Assembly (NCBI GenBank): GCA_965250285.1
Contig: OZ252299.1
Span: forward strand, 1,888,001-1,952,000
DNA: 64,000 bases
Direction: 5' to 3'
Source: Myxococcota bacterium
GTDB taxonomy: Bacteria > Myxococcota_A > UBA9160 > UBA4427
Shown: positions 29,601-37,880 of the stretch, piece by piece
How positions within the stretch are numbered: position 1 is the stretch's first letter
Layout of the letters: every line of letters begins with the position of its first letter
Made by a program: the position numbers and the translations under genes
Notes under the pieces: model-generated
Databases searched by the model: none
Told to the model about the DNA's origin: nothing
The model's input: only the letters and a program-made list of their open reading frames with translations

Positions 29601-29819
29601 CAGCCCCTCGAGGCGAATCACCGTCTCTTCACCTTCGCGCTCCACGCTCACACCGGAGAGCTCCTGGAGCTCACCAGCTGCATAGTCTTCCGAGGAGCCG
29701 GAGCCGCTCGGGGACTGTGCACTCGCGCACGCGAGCACTGCGGCCGCTGCACAGATCACGAAGATCCGCAGAGCATGCCCCCCCCATCTTTCACTGATCG
29801 GACCCATCATCGAGCTCAC
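26628..29819 (-). CDS. pilQ: Type IV pilus secretin PilQ with AMIN domains
   Basis: AMIN-like repeats (F.LEDPDRLVVDL), ISLDFKD, VPWDQALD, QVMIEAKIVEA, VPYLHRIPVLG..F and ELLIFVTPRI. Confidence 0.95.
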   Translation of the reverse strand: MSSMMGPISERWGGHALRIFVICAAAAVLACASAQSPSGSGSSEDYAAGELQELSGVSVEREGEETVIRLEGLDSPSYSEFVLEDENVFVLDLSGVKLAEPTSLAAAFAEPGEQVSVYDGLVDQVSTSSFENGDGATVVRVEVALATAADLGVQSDGGGFAIRVSEIGAVIEGDEEAIEEPLAADDDPWAEPEMAEADSDDMAFEAIDANEVEAAEVVPAPPATKLSNVSVQSTTGGAVVHLEADGTITSAETFQLEDPDRLVVDLPGLANSVTTNQIEVDSPELARVRIGTHAEKVRVVLDGGPQAAGFAGKRVMPVTSGLVLSSGTTPEVDSLVAEVLSTADQPQLAMVSDDSAPAMATADDIDDAFAQADAGPMMDESVSDEEIFAAVAQDDVAEVAEVDERDSSTAEIYGLQYDTTPERDRIAVLSDTTIEYEMHTPDPETVVVSIFDARIAPSAAERITPQQAGPVSLITTFQQPDVARDEVRVVMKRAPDLEPTLTRRGSLLFIDFENTGVAAAPPPAFVEGEQEARMAMAAAEPAMDAGAEAAFATDEAAMNAGPASAADPIEGGMVASAMAEGDDQVVVETLEDAAPTAPALIEDVPESNWEDENPSAGMVSIGAAAPASLEPPAAVELLEEGGLIDGKEYKGRRISLDFKDVEVADVLRLIAEVSDLNIIAGDEVQGIITIRLVDVPWDQALDVILLTKGLGFVRVGNVLRIAPAEILKVEEEVRLQERRNKEKLEDLEVKLHPVNYANVDDVSNLVMRLLSPRGTVNIDERTNTVIIKDISAVIDEATALIQAVDTQTPQVMIEAKIVEASLDFARELGSVWRVGTQPLQNGFDPASDPRQDLGSDAFKFQGENSVAVANPITSTATGALNFGAFLLDEKMRVDVQIQAAEATGEGKVISSPRVVTLDNREAVIEQGVSIPFQTFESGDARLEFIDAVLSLKVTPHITTDRSIIMSLEVTRNAPDASVPTPTGSPAIAKNQAKTETLVKDGQTLVIGGIYTIDKTERETRVPYLHRIPVLGAAFKSRELSDIRKELLIFVTPRIVLNPQLATN

Positions 29820-30397
29820 CCTCCCTGGCTCCTTCGAATGCGCATCTCGACGTCCTTCGTGGTCTGTTCACCAGCGAAGTTGACGTACGTTTCCTTCACC
29901 AACACCAGGTTGTCCCCGATGTGGATCACGCGGCCGTTGTTCTTCCCGATCTGGGAACCCTCATGGACGATGAACGACCGCCCACCCGGATCTGCAACGA
30001 GGGCTCGCGGCTTTCCGGTATCCCACACCACGGCGACCACCGAGAGCTGCTGCAGCTCGTAGTCGCCGAGGGGACCGAAGTCGCCGGACGGCTCCTCTTC
30101 GTTCATGTACTGGAACGACCGGAACGGGTCTCGCTTGTCCGCCGGGTCGTACGCGTAGCGCGCGTCCATGCCGCCGAAGCCTTCCTCGAGATTGCTTTCG
30201 CCTTCCTCGAGTACGGCCCCCTCGGCGGCCGCAGGCTGCCGCTTGGTCGCCAGCTTGCGCTCTCGCGCCGCCTTGGCCTGCTCCACGGCGCTCGCGTAGT
30301 CCTGCGTCGAAGGGGCCGTCACCGGCTCCTCCGCACAGCCCACGAGAAGCGCCAACAGGGCCATCGTGAATGCTGCAATGATCGCTCTCACGGTCAT
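29816..30397 (-). CDS. pilP: Type IV pilus lipoprotein PilP
   Basis: Lipobox LVGC, YDP..KRDPF, PL..YEL.QL and G..IGKNNG. Confidence 0.92.
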   Translation of the reverse strand: MTVRAIIAAFTMALLALLVGCAEEPVTAPSTQDYASAVEQAKAARERKLATKRQPAAAEGAVLEEGESNLEEGFGGMDARYAYDPADKRDPFRSFQYMNEEEPSGDFGPLGDYELQQLSVVAVVWDTGKPRALVADPGGRSFIVHEGSQIGKNNGRVIHIGDNLVLVKETYVNFAGEQTTKDVEMRIRRSQGG

Positions 30398-30402
30398 CCC
30401 CC

Positions 30403-31044
30403 CTAAGCCCTGCGTCCCGGCGTCGCGGTCGTGTCTGCCGAGGCGGTGTCACCCGACTCGGTGTTCAAGAACCGGAACGTCGTGGCCGTGCCCGTGACCT
30501 TCAGCACCGTGGCGCGTCGCCCCTCGGTCGCCACCGATACGTCGAGAGCGCCGATGTTCACGATGCGCGGAAGCCGCGCGACCCGCTCGAAGAAGCGTGC
30601 CAGGTCGTGGTACTCGCCCTCGAGCTCCAGCTTGAACGGCACCTCGGCATAGAAGTCGTGGGACAGCTCGGCCTTGCGCTCGATCGACTTGATCTGAACG
30701 CCCACCTGCTTGCCCGCGGTGCTGATGTCCTGGAGCAGATCTTCGAACTGCTTGCGATTCGGCAGCTGCTTGAGCGCCTTCTCGAGGTCGCGCTCGAGAT
30801 CGGCGACCTCCTGTTCGAAGGCACCCAGGTTCGTCGCCACGGCGCGCACGTTGTTCAGCTTGCGCTGAAGCTGCTGCGCCTGTGTCCGGAGCCGCGTGAC
30901 TTCGGTCGCCTTCGGGGCATACGACATGAAGTAGTAGCCCCCGGCGATGGCAGCGAGGATCGCTGCGACGATGCCCATGCGCGCGGCCTTGGGAATCTTC
31001 GCGACGACCTGCAGCTGCTCTTCGATGTCGAACTTCATCTCCAT
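30403..31044 (-). CDS. pilO: Type IV pilus assembly protein PilO
   Basis: TM plus coiled coil, QLP, FYAEVP and G.YHDLA.FF..VA.LPRIVN. Confidence 0.93.
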   Translation of the reverse strand: MEMKFDIEEQLQVVAKIPKAARMGIVAAILAAIAGGYYFMSYAPKATEVTRLRTQAQQLQRKLNNVRAVATNLGAFEQEVADLERDLEKALKQLPNRKQFEDLLQDISTAGKQVGVQIKSIERKAELSHDFYAEVPFKLELEGEYHDLARFFERVARLPRIVNIGALDVSVATEGRRATVLKVTGTATTFRFLNTESGDTASADTTATPGRRA

Positions 31045-31056
31045 CGTCTGCGCTCC

Positions 31057-31638
31057 CTATGCTCCGGCCGTTTCATTGGCGGCTTCGGCGTCGGCCGGCG
31101 TGACAAGGTCGGCGGTGATCTCGAACTGCACGAGACGTACGCCACCGACGGTGCTGCCACGACCGGTCTTCACCAGGTCGACGTTCTGGAAGTAGTTGGA
31201 CGAGTTGAGACCTCGGAGGAAGTCCGCCACCACGCCGTTGTCGAGGCTGTTGCCCTTGAGCTGGATCCGCCCCGACTCAGTGCTGAGCTGAGTGAGCCAG
31301 AGTCGCTCGGGCGTGTGCGCCGCGAGCTGCTCGAGCACTCGAACCGGACCCGTGCGCGCCGAATCCAGGCCATCGATGACGTCGAGCTTGTCTTCGAGCT
31401 CGCTCTTCTTGGCCTTGAACTGCTCGACCTTGGCCTCCTGGGGCTTGTACCGAGCGATCTCGCTCTCCATCTGCTGGACGGTCTGGCGAGCACGATCGAT
31501 CTCGCCCTCGACCCGGCCGTTCATGAAGAGCGAGACGCCGGCGATCACGACGAGCCCCAGGACGAGAACGGCGACGTTCTCGCGGAGGTCGGCGACCCGC
31601 TTGGCTTCTCGATGGGGAAGAAGGTTGATTTCGATCAT
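31057..31638 (-). CDS. pilN: Type IV pilus assembly protein PilN
   Basis: MIEINLLPHR N-terminus, TM, coiled coil and P..LWLT. Confidence 0.93.
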   Translation of the reverse strand: MIEINLLPHREAKRVADLRENVAVLVLGLVVIAGVSLFMNGRVEGEIDRARQTVQQMESEIARYKPQEAKVEQFKAKKSELEDKLDVIDGLDSARTGPVRVLEQLAAHTPERLWLTQLSTESGRIQLKGNSLDNGVVADFLRGLNSSNYFQNVDLVKTGRGSTVGGVRLVQFEITADLVTPADAEAANETAGA

Positions 31639-32717
31639 CAGGCCTCGAGCCTCCGGGTGGCGAGGCCGACGCCCACGCTCAGCGAGGGGCCGATCTCATC
31701 GAGGTACTCGGTGTCGAACCCCTTGCTCGGCAGCATGCGGCCGAGGGGGTTCATGAGTTCGACGTCCAGACCGGTGCGCTCCGAGAACGCCGCGGCGAAG
31801 CCCGCCGTCTTCGAGCCACCACCCGAGAGGAGCACCCTGGTGATCCTCCCTTCGGTGGCCGTCGCACTGAAGAAGTCGAGGGAGCGCGAGATCTCGCCGA
31901 CCACCGTGTCGGTGACCGAGCGCATCGCCTGCTCGACTTCCTGGGGCACGACCTCCTGGCTCTGCTCACCGTCGGAGCCGCCGACCTTGATGCGCTCGGC
32001 CTCGTCGTAGCCGACCGACAGCGCCTTCTGGATCTCTTCGGTGTACTGGTTGCCACCGGTCGTGATGTCACGTGTGAAGGCGGGCACGCCGTCCTGCACG
32101 ATGTTGATGTTCACGACCTGGGCACCGATGTTCACCAACGCCACGATGCCCTCGGGCTCGGGCTCGTAGTTCAGCTCGTAGGCGTTCTCGATGGCAAAGG
32201 CGGCGACGTCCACGGCCACCGGCGACAGGCCGGCCTCTTGGATCACCTGCACGTAGTCGTCGATGAGATCCTTCTTCGCCGCGACGAGCAGGACGTCCAT
32301 CTGGCCCTCGTTCGTCGTGGTGTCAAGGATCTGGAAGTCGAGGTTGACCTCGTTCACGTCGAACGGGATGTACTGCTCGGCTTCCCACTGAATCTGGTTC
32401 TCGAGTTCTTCTCGACTCATCATGGGAAGGCTGACCTTCTTGACGATGACCGAGTGACCCGCGACCGCGGCGGCGACTTCCTTCGTCTTGATCCGACCGG
32501 TCTGCACGGCCTCCTGGATCGCTTCGACGATCGCGCTCGAGTTGAGGAAGGCGCCTTGGACGATGGCTTCGGCCGGCATCGGCGCGACGCCGAGGCTGCG
32601 AAGCTCGAAGCCCTTGTCCTTCCCCTTCTGCACGATCTCGACGGCCTTCACACAGTTGGAGCCGATGTCGAGTCCGACGAGGCTCTTGCGACCGAAGCTG
32701 GGCAACGAAAAGTTCAT
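31638..32717 (-). CDS. pilM: Type IV pilus assembly protein PilM
   Basis: VGLDIGS, EAEQYIPF, VLLVAAKK, EISRSLDFF, LSGGGSK and VGLATR. Confidence 0.95.
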   Translation of the reverse strand: MNFSLPSFGRKSLVGLDIGSNCVKAVEIVQKGKDKGFELRSLGVAPMPAEAIVQGAFLNSSAIVEAIQEAVQTGRIKTKEVAAAVAGHSVIVKKVSLPMMSREELENQIQWEAEQYIPFDVNEVNLDFQILDTTTNEGQMDVLLVAAKKDLIDDYVQVIQEAGLSPVAVDVAAFAIENAYELNYEPEPEGIVALVNIGAQVVNINIVQDGVPAFTRDITTGGNQYTEEIQKALSVGYDEAERIKVGGSDGEQSQEVVPQEVEQAMRSVTDTVVGEISRSLDFFSATATEGRITRVLLSGGGSKTAGFAAAFSERTGLDVELMNPLGRMLPSKGFDTEYLDEIGPSLSVGVGLATRRLEA

Positions 32718-32740
32718 ATTCGGGTTCTCCCTCCGAGCTC

Positions 32741-33010
32741 CTAGAGCCGGGGCTCCTCGTCCGCGATGGAAACGCTCGATTCGTCAGGCGGCGACACCGC
32801 TTCGTCTGCGCCGAGCGCACCGAAGACACGATCCTTGTCGGAGACCTTGAAGCCGAGGGCGAGCAGGATCTTTCGCTTCGTATCGAGGCGGCACGGACGT
32901 CCCGCCTCGACGCGATCGATCGTGAGCGTCGAGAGCCCGGCTTTACGGGCGAGCTCGGCCTTGCTCATCATGAGGTTCTCTCGATACCTCTGTACGTTGT
33001 TGCTGGGCAC
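32741..33010 (-). CDS. Small XRE/Cro-type helix-turn-helix protein heading the pilM operon
   Basis: NNVQRYRENLMMSKAELARKAGLSTLTIDRVEAG. GTG start after GGAGGAGG. Confidence 0.85.
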   Translation of the reverse strand: MPSNNVQRYRENLMMSKAELARKAGLSTLTIDRVEAGRPCRLDTKRKILLALGFKVSDKDRVFGALGADEAVSPPDESSVSIADEEPRL

Positions 33011-33068
33011 CGCACCTCCTCCGGATCTGCGACCGCGTGCGCGTGCACGCGAACCGGACTGAGGGAGG

Positions 33069-33095
33069 TATCGGCCCCGTGTTTCGGGGACTTGA
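33069..33095 (-). promoter_or_regulatory. Sigma28/FliA-like promoter upstream of xre-pilMNOPQ
   Basis: TCAAG-N15-GCCGATA on the minus strand. Confidence 0.65.
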
Positions 33096-33310
33096 GACAA
33101 CTGCGCTCCGGTTCGTTGTGTCGCGAATCACGATCCGGGGTAGGCAGCTCACTCGCGAAAGCCCCTTCGTCGAGGGATCGGGCGCCGGCAGCCGATTCGC
33201 AGCCGTCACGCGGCGCGCAAGCGCCTCGACTGCGCAGATTGGTGCATAATCCCCTCACCCGGGCGCCGAGTCGTGCCGATGAACCGGGTTGGAGCGACCG
33301 GAGGACCCCC

Positions 33311-34663
33311 TTGCCCGCACGCATCCTGCTCGCCGATCAACGCCCCGGTCAGCGCGAAGCCGTCGAGGCTGCGCTGAACGCGACCGACTGGCAACTCAGC
33401 GTCGCACCCGACGCCCGACGCGCCCTGGCTCTGCTCGCCGCTGATGGCGCCGAGGTCGCAATCTGTGATCCAGAGATGCCGGGGCTCGACGACTTCGAGC
33501 TCGCACCGCAGCTGCAGCGCAGAGAGCCCGCGCTCCAGATCGTGCTCTGCATCGAACGCGACGATCGCGGCCGCTTCGAGATGGCGCAGCGCCTCGGCGC
33601 AGCGGCGCTGATCGCCTACCCCCTCGACCCCGTCGAGCTCGCGTTCGCGATGGGCGAGACGCAGCGACGAATTCAACATCACCAGCGAACGCGTCTGCTC
33701 GAACGAGACCTGACCCTTGCCGTCGGCGAGAAACCGATCGTGGGCGCCAGTGAATCGATGATCGACCTGCTCGAAGCCATGGAGCGTGCGGCGGGATTCA
33801 AGACGCCGGTGCTGATTCGTGGCGAACGCGGAACGCACAGAGAAGTGCTCGCGCGAGCGATCCATACGCAGTCGCTCAGGCGGGCGGGCCCCTTCGTTGC
33901 GGTGCGCTGCAGCGCTGACACGCCCGACAGCATCGAACGCCAGCTCTTCGATGCGCCCCGTACAGACGGAGACAGCCGTCTGCTCGCGTACGTTCGCGCG
34001 GCCCAGGGCGGCACGCTGTTTCTCGACGAGTTGTCCGCGCTGTCGCCGGGTGCGCAGGCGCGGTTGCTGCACCTCCTCGACCACGAAGAGCTCGTCTCCT
34101 CCGAGACCGGCAAGTCGCACCCGGTCGACGTCCGGGTCATCGCCGCGACCCACTGCGACCTCGACGTGACCGGGAGCGACCCCAATGTCTCGGCCGAGCT
34201 GGCAGACCGACTCGGCGCGGCGCTGCTGAGCGTGCCCCCGCTGCGCGAGCGCGCCGATGACATCCCTCTGCTGATCGACCACGCCGTCGCTCGACTGCGC
34301 GCCGAGCTCGGCGTCGACGTCGAAGGCGTTTCGGATTCGGCCATGGACCGGCTCCGGCACTACGAGTGGCCCGGCAATCTCCGCGAGCTCGAGAACGTCG
34401 TCGAGCGTGCCATGCTGCTCGCGAAGACCGACCGAATCACGCTCCATGAGCTGCCGGCGGCCATCGCGACGGCCGTGCCGGAAGGCGGCGGAGGCCGCAA
34501 CGGCGACTTCTCGCTGCGCCGGGCGCGGCGCTCGTTCGAAGCCGAGATGATCCGTCGCGCTCTGCGCAAGACCGATGGCAACCGCACGCGCGCCGCGCGG
34601 CTCCTCGAGATCAGCCATCGCGCACTGCTCTACAAGATCAAGGAGTTTGGTCTCAGGGACTGA
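33311..34663 (+). CDS. NtrC-family (REC-AAA-Fis HTH) regulator with degenerate Walker A and GAFTGA motifs
   Basis: REC-like N-terminus, GERGTHRE instead of GESGTGKE, no GAFTGA, LFLDE and WPGNLRELEN retained, intact HTH (GNRTRAARLLEISHRALLYKIK). TTG start after GGAGG. Confidence 0.85.
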   Translation: MPARILLADQRPGQREAVEAALNATDWQLSVAPDARRALALLAADGAEVAICDPEMPGLDDFELAPQLQRREPALQIVLCIERDDRGRFEMAQRLGAAALIAYPLDPVELAFAMGETQRRIQHHQRTRLLERDLTLAVGEKPIVGASESMIDLLEAMERAAGFKTPVLIRGERGTHREVLARAIHTQSLRRAGPFVAVRCSADTPDSIERQLFDAPRTDGDSRLLAYVRAAQGGTLFLDELSALSPGAQARLLHLLDHEELVSSETGKSHPVDVRVIAATHCDLDVTGSDPNVSAELADRLGAALLSVPPLRERADDIPLLIDHAVARLRAELGVDVEGVSDSAMDRLRHYEWPGNLRELENVVERAMLLAKTDRITLHELPAAIATAVPEGGGGRNGDFSLRRARRSFEAEMIRRALRKTDGNRTRAARLLEISHRALLYKIKEFGLRD

Positions 34664-34717
34664 GCGGGTCGAGGTGCCGATCGGCGCGGTGCGTCGCGCG
34701 CCGTTCGCCGCGGGCCG

Positions 34718-36106
34718 TCAGTTCTCAGCGTCGGGATCGTCGAGACCGAGCTTCTCGAGCCGATACCTGAACGATCGAAACGAGATCCCGAGCAACCGGG
34801 CCGCGTGCTTCTTGACCCCGCCCGTCTTGCGAAGCGCTTCACGCAGCAGGCTGCGCTCATACTCGTCGACCAGGGACTCGAGCTTCACGCCCTCCTCGGG
34901 GATCACCACGCGACCGGGTGTCGGGCGCGATTCGGTGACCGTCGGGGGCAGCGCATCCAGCCCGATCACGCCGTCCTGCGAGAGCGCGACGGCACGCTCG
35001 ACCACGTTCTCGAGCTCGCGCACGTTGCCCGGGAACGCGTAGGCGATCAGCTCGCTCATCGCCTCGTCGGTCACGCGCTCGATGGGTCGCCCGAGCTCTT
35101 CGGCGTACTTCTCGACGAAGTGCTGGGCCAGGAGGGGCACATCCTCGCTGCGCTCGCGCAGCGCGGGAAGCGCGACCTGAATCACGTTCAATCGATAGTA
35201 CAGGTCTTCACGGAACCGCCCCTCGGCGACCTCTTGGGCGAGATCCCGGTTGGTGGCCGAGATGATCCGCACATCGACGCGCTTGTCGTTCGTGCCGCCG
35301 ACCCGCCGAATCGTCTTCTCCTGAATCGCACGCAGCAGCTTGACCTGCAGGGCCGGCGAGAGCTCACCGATCTCGTCGAGCAGCAGAGAGCCGCCGTCGG
35401 CCGCCTCGAAGAGCCCCTCTTTGTTCTGAACCGCACCGGTGAAAGAGCCCTTCACGTGGCCGAAGAGCTCGCTCTCGAGGAGGTTCTCGGGGATCGCGCC
35501 GCAGTTGAGCGCGACGAAAGGCTGATCCGATCGGTCGCTCTGATCATGAATCGCGCGGGCGACGAGCTCCTTGCCGGTGCCGCTCTCGCCCGAGATGAGC
35601 ACGTTCGTCTTCGTCCCGGCGACCTGGGCTACCAGGTCGAAGACGCGTTGCATGGCCTCGCCCGAGCCGATGATGTGACGGGGGCGGGCCTGGCTGCGAA
35701 GCTCCGTCTTGAGTCGCTTGTTCTCGCTCGACAGGCGCTTCTTCTCGAGCGCCTTCTCGACGACGATGCGCATCTCGTCGACTTTGAACGGCTTCGTCAC
35801 GTAGTCGTACGCGCCATCCTTCATCGCGGCGATGGCGCTGTCCGTGGTCGCAAAGGCAGTCACGACGATCACCGGCGTCTCGGGCGTCACGTCGCGGGCG
35901 ACCTGGAGCAGATCGAGACCGGTCTTGCCAGGCATCTGCATGTCGGTGATGACGAGATCGATCTCGTCATTCTCGAGCACGAGCGCCGCTGTATCGACAC
36001 TCTCCGCCGTCTCGACTTCGAAACCCTCGCGGCGGAAGAAGATCTCGAGGAACTCGCGCATGCTGCGCTCGTCGTCGACGACCAGAATCTTGTGGGGGTC
36101 GCTCAT
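34718..36106 (-). CDS. pilR: Sigma54-dependent response regulator PilR
   Basis: VVDDE receiver, GESGTGKE, ESELFGHVKGSFTGA, FREDLYYRL and HTH ISFRSFRYRL; follows pilS. Confidence 0.9.
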   Translation of the reverse strand: MSDPHKILVVDDERSMREFLEIFFRREGFEVETAESVDTAALVLENDEIDLVITDMQMPGKTGLDLLQVARDVTPETPVIVVTAFATTDSAIAAMKDGAYDYVTKPFKVDEMRIVVEKALEKKRLSSENKRLKTELRSQARPRHIIGSGEAMQRVFDLVAQVAGTKTNVLISGESGTGKELVARAIHDQSDRSDQPFVALNCGAIPENLLESELFGHVKGSFTGAVQNKEGLFEAADGGSLLLDEIGELSPALQVKLLRAIQEKTIRRVGGTNDKRVDVRIISATNRDLAQEVAEGRFREDLYYRLNVIQVALPALRERSEDVPLLAQHFVEKYAEELGRPIERVTDEAMSELIAYAFPGNVRELENVVERAVALSQDGVIGLDALPPTVTESRPTPGRVVIPEEGVKLESLVDEYERSLLREALRKTGGVKKHAARLLGISFRSFRYRLEKLGLDDPDAEN

Positions 36107-37857
36107 CGACTCTCCTCGGCCGGGGATGCGAAGCGCGGCAGCCGCACGCGGAAGGTGGTTCCGAGCCCCAACCGGCTCTCGAGGAGCAGCTCACCGCCAT
36201 GCCGCTCGACGATCGAGTGCACGGTGGCGAGGCCGAGGCCCGTCCCCTCCTCCTTCGTCGTGAAGAAGGGTTCGAAGACTTCGGCCTGAAGCTCGTCGGG
36301 GATGCCCTCGCCCGTATCCGAAACAGCGAGCTCCACCCATCCGGCTTCGCCCCAGACCGCGCCCCTCTCCTCGTTACGGACGTTCGAACGCACGTCTTGA
36401 GCCGCCTCTCGGCCGCCCGACGAGACCGTGACTCTCAGGCAGCCGCCCTTGGACATGGCCTGAACGGCGTTCAAGCAAAGGTTCCAGACCACCTGACGCA
36501 GCTGTCGTTCGTCGCCGAGGGCAGCCGCATCGCCTTCCTCCGGGCCCTCTGCACGAATGTCGGCCGGCAATGTCCCACCGAGCACCTTCAAGACCTCATC
36601 GGCGAGCGGCGCGAGTGCGACCCTCTCACGCAAGGGAGGCGCAGGTCGCGAGAACTGCAGGAAGTCGGTGATCAGCTGATTCAGCCGCTCGGTCTCGCGC
36701 AACACGATATCCATGAGCGCACCGGTCTCGGGGCCTTCCGGGATCTGACCGCTGCTCTTGAGGATCTCGATCGAGCCCGAGATCGACGCCAGCGGGTTCC
36801 GGATCTCGTGCGCGATCTTCGCCGCCATTCCACCGACTGCGGCCATGCGCTCCGAGCGCCGAAGCTCGCGCTCCATCGACACGACCTCGGTGACGTCGGT
36901 GAAGATGATCACGTGCCCGATCGGGTCCGCCGCCTCGTCGCGCAGCACCGATCCCGCCAAACCGAGCCAAAGCTCTTCGCCGCGGTCATTGTCGTACACG
37001 AGGCGTGCCCGATCTGGCTGCAGACCCGGGTCGCTGAGCCGCTCCTTCAACGCCACGTCCGTCGCACCGGGGATCAGATCCTCGAGCGCCACGCCGATCG
37101 CATCGCGCGCGCGCATCCCGGTGATTCGTTCGGCCTCGGGGTTGAACGACGTGATGCGACCCTCGAGATCGATCGTCAGCAGCCCGCTCATGATGCTCTC
37201 GATCGTGCGCTGATAGAGATCCCGCAAGACGCGCAGATCGCTCGTCCGCTGATCGAGCGCGCGCCCCGTTCGGTGAAGCTCGCCCGAGAGCACGCTGGCC
37301 AGCAGCCCGACGAGGTACAGTGCCGCGACGTGCACGCCCCAGGTCGCCACTGCGACCGAGAACGCCGACTCGCTCGCGTAGCCCGACTCGGGCATCGATA
37401 CGAAGCGACCCCCGAACAGCACCGCGCCATAGGCGGCCGATGACAGCGTCGCCGCGACCACAGCGCCGGAGCGCCGAAAGAGCACGGCACCGTACACCGT
37501 CACCAGCACGTACAGGAACGTGAAGATCGACTCGAGACCGCCCGTGAAGTACACGAGCGAAGAGACGATGCCGACGTCCGTCGCAATCTGGAGCGTGACC
37601 GCGAGCCGGTCGCTCCATCGCCTGCGTTCGCCGATCGCGAAGACGACCGTCATGAAGAACGCGGCCGCGACGGTGTAGTAGAGCCCGTTGCGCGACGCGA
37701 CGGGCAGCTCGCGACCCAGCGCATGAAGCCCGAGCGTCACACCGAAGCAGGCGAGGATCACGCCGAGACGTGCGGCGGTGAGCCCCATCAGCCTGCGACG
37801 GTCCTCCGAGACCGACCGGCGCTCGAGCGCACCCCCCTCTTCGCTGAGCGTCCTCAT
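36103..37857 (-). CDS. pilS: Sensor histidine kinase PilS
   Basis: About 6 TMs (YFTGG.ES.F.FLY), PAS, AHEIRNPLASI, NL..NAVQA and FEPFFTTK..GTGLGL. Confidence 0.9.
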   Translation of the reverse strand: MRTLSEEGGALERRSVSEDRRRLMGLTAARLGVILACFGVTLGLHALGRELPVASRNGLYYTVAAAFFMTVVFAIGERRRWSDRLAVTLQIATDVGIVSSLVYFTGGLESIFTFLYVLVTVYGAVLFRRSGAVVAATLSSAAYGAVLFGGRFVSMPESGYASESAFSVAVATWGVHVAALYLVGLLASVLSGELHRTGRALDQRTSDLRVLRDLYQRTIESIMSGLLTIDLEGRITSFNPEAERITGMRARDAIGVALEDLIPGATDVALKERLSDPGLQPDRARLVYDNDRGEELWLGLAGSVLRDEAADPIGHVIIFTDVTEVVSMERELRRSERMAAVGGMAAKIAHEIRNPLASISGSIEILKSSGQIPEGPETGALMDIVLRETERLNQLITDFLQFSRPAPPLRERVALAPLADEVLKVLGGTLPADIRAEGPEEGDAAALGDERQLRQVVWNLCLNAVQAMSKGGCLRVTVSSGGREAAQDVRSNVRNEERGAVWGEAGWVELAVSDTGEGIPDELQAEVFEPFFTTKEEGTGLGLATVHSIVERHGGELLLESRLGLGTTFRVRLPRFASPAEESR

Positions 37858-37880
37858 CCGGGGGGAGACTCTCGGGCGGA

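Noticed and set aside
26274..30062. 1262-aa plus-strand ORF and other long antisense ORFs (e.g. 9193-12135, 40733-42880, 49824-51746)
   Set aside because: These are shadow frames of well-supported genes in GC-rich DNA, Arg/Gly-rich with no recognisable motifs.
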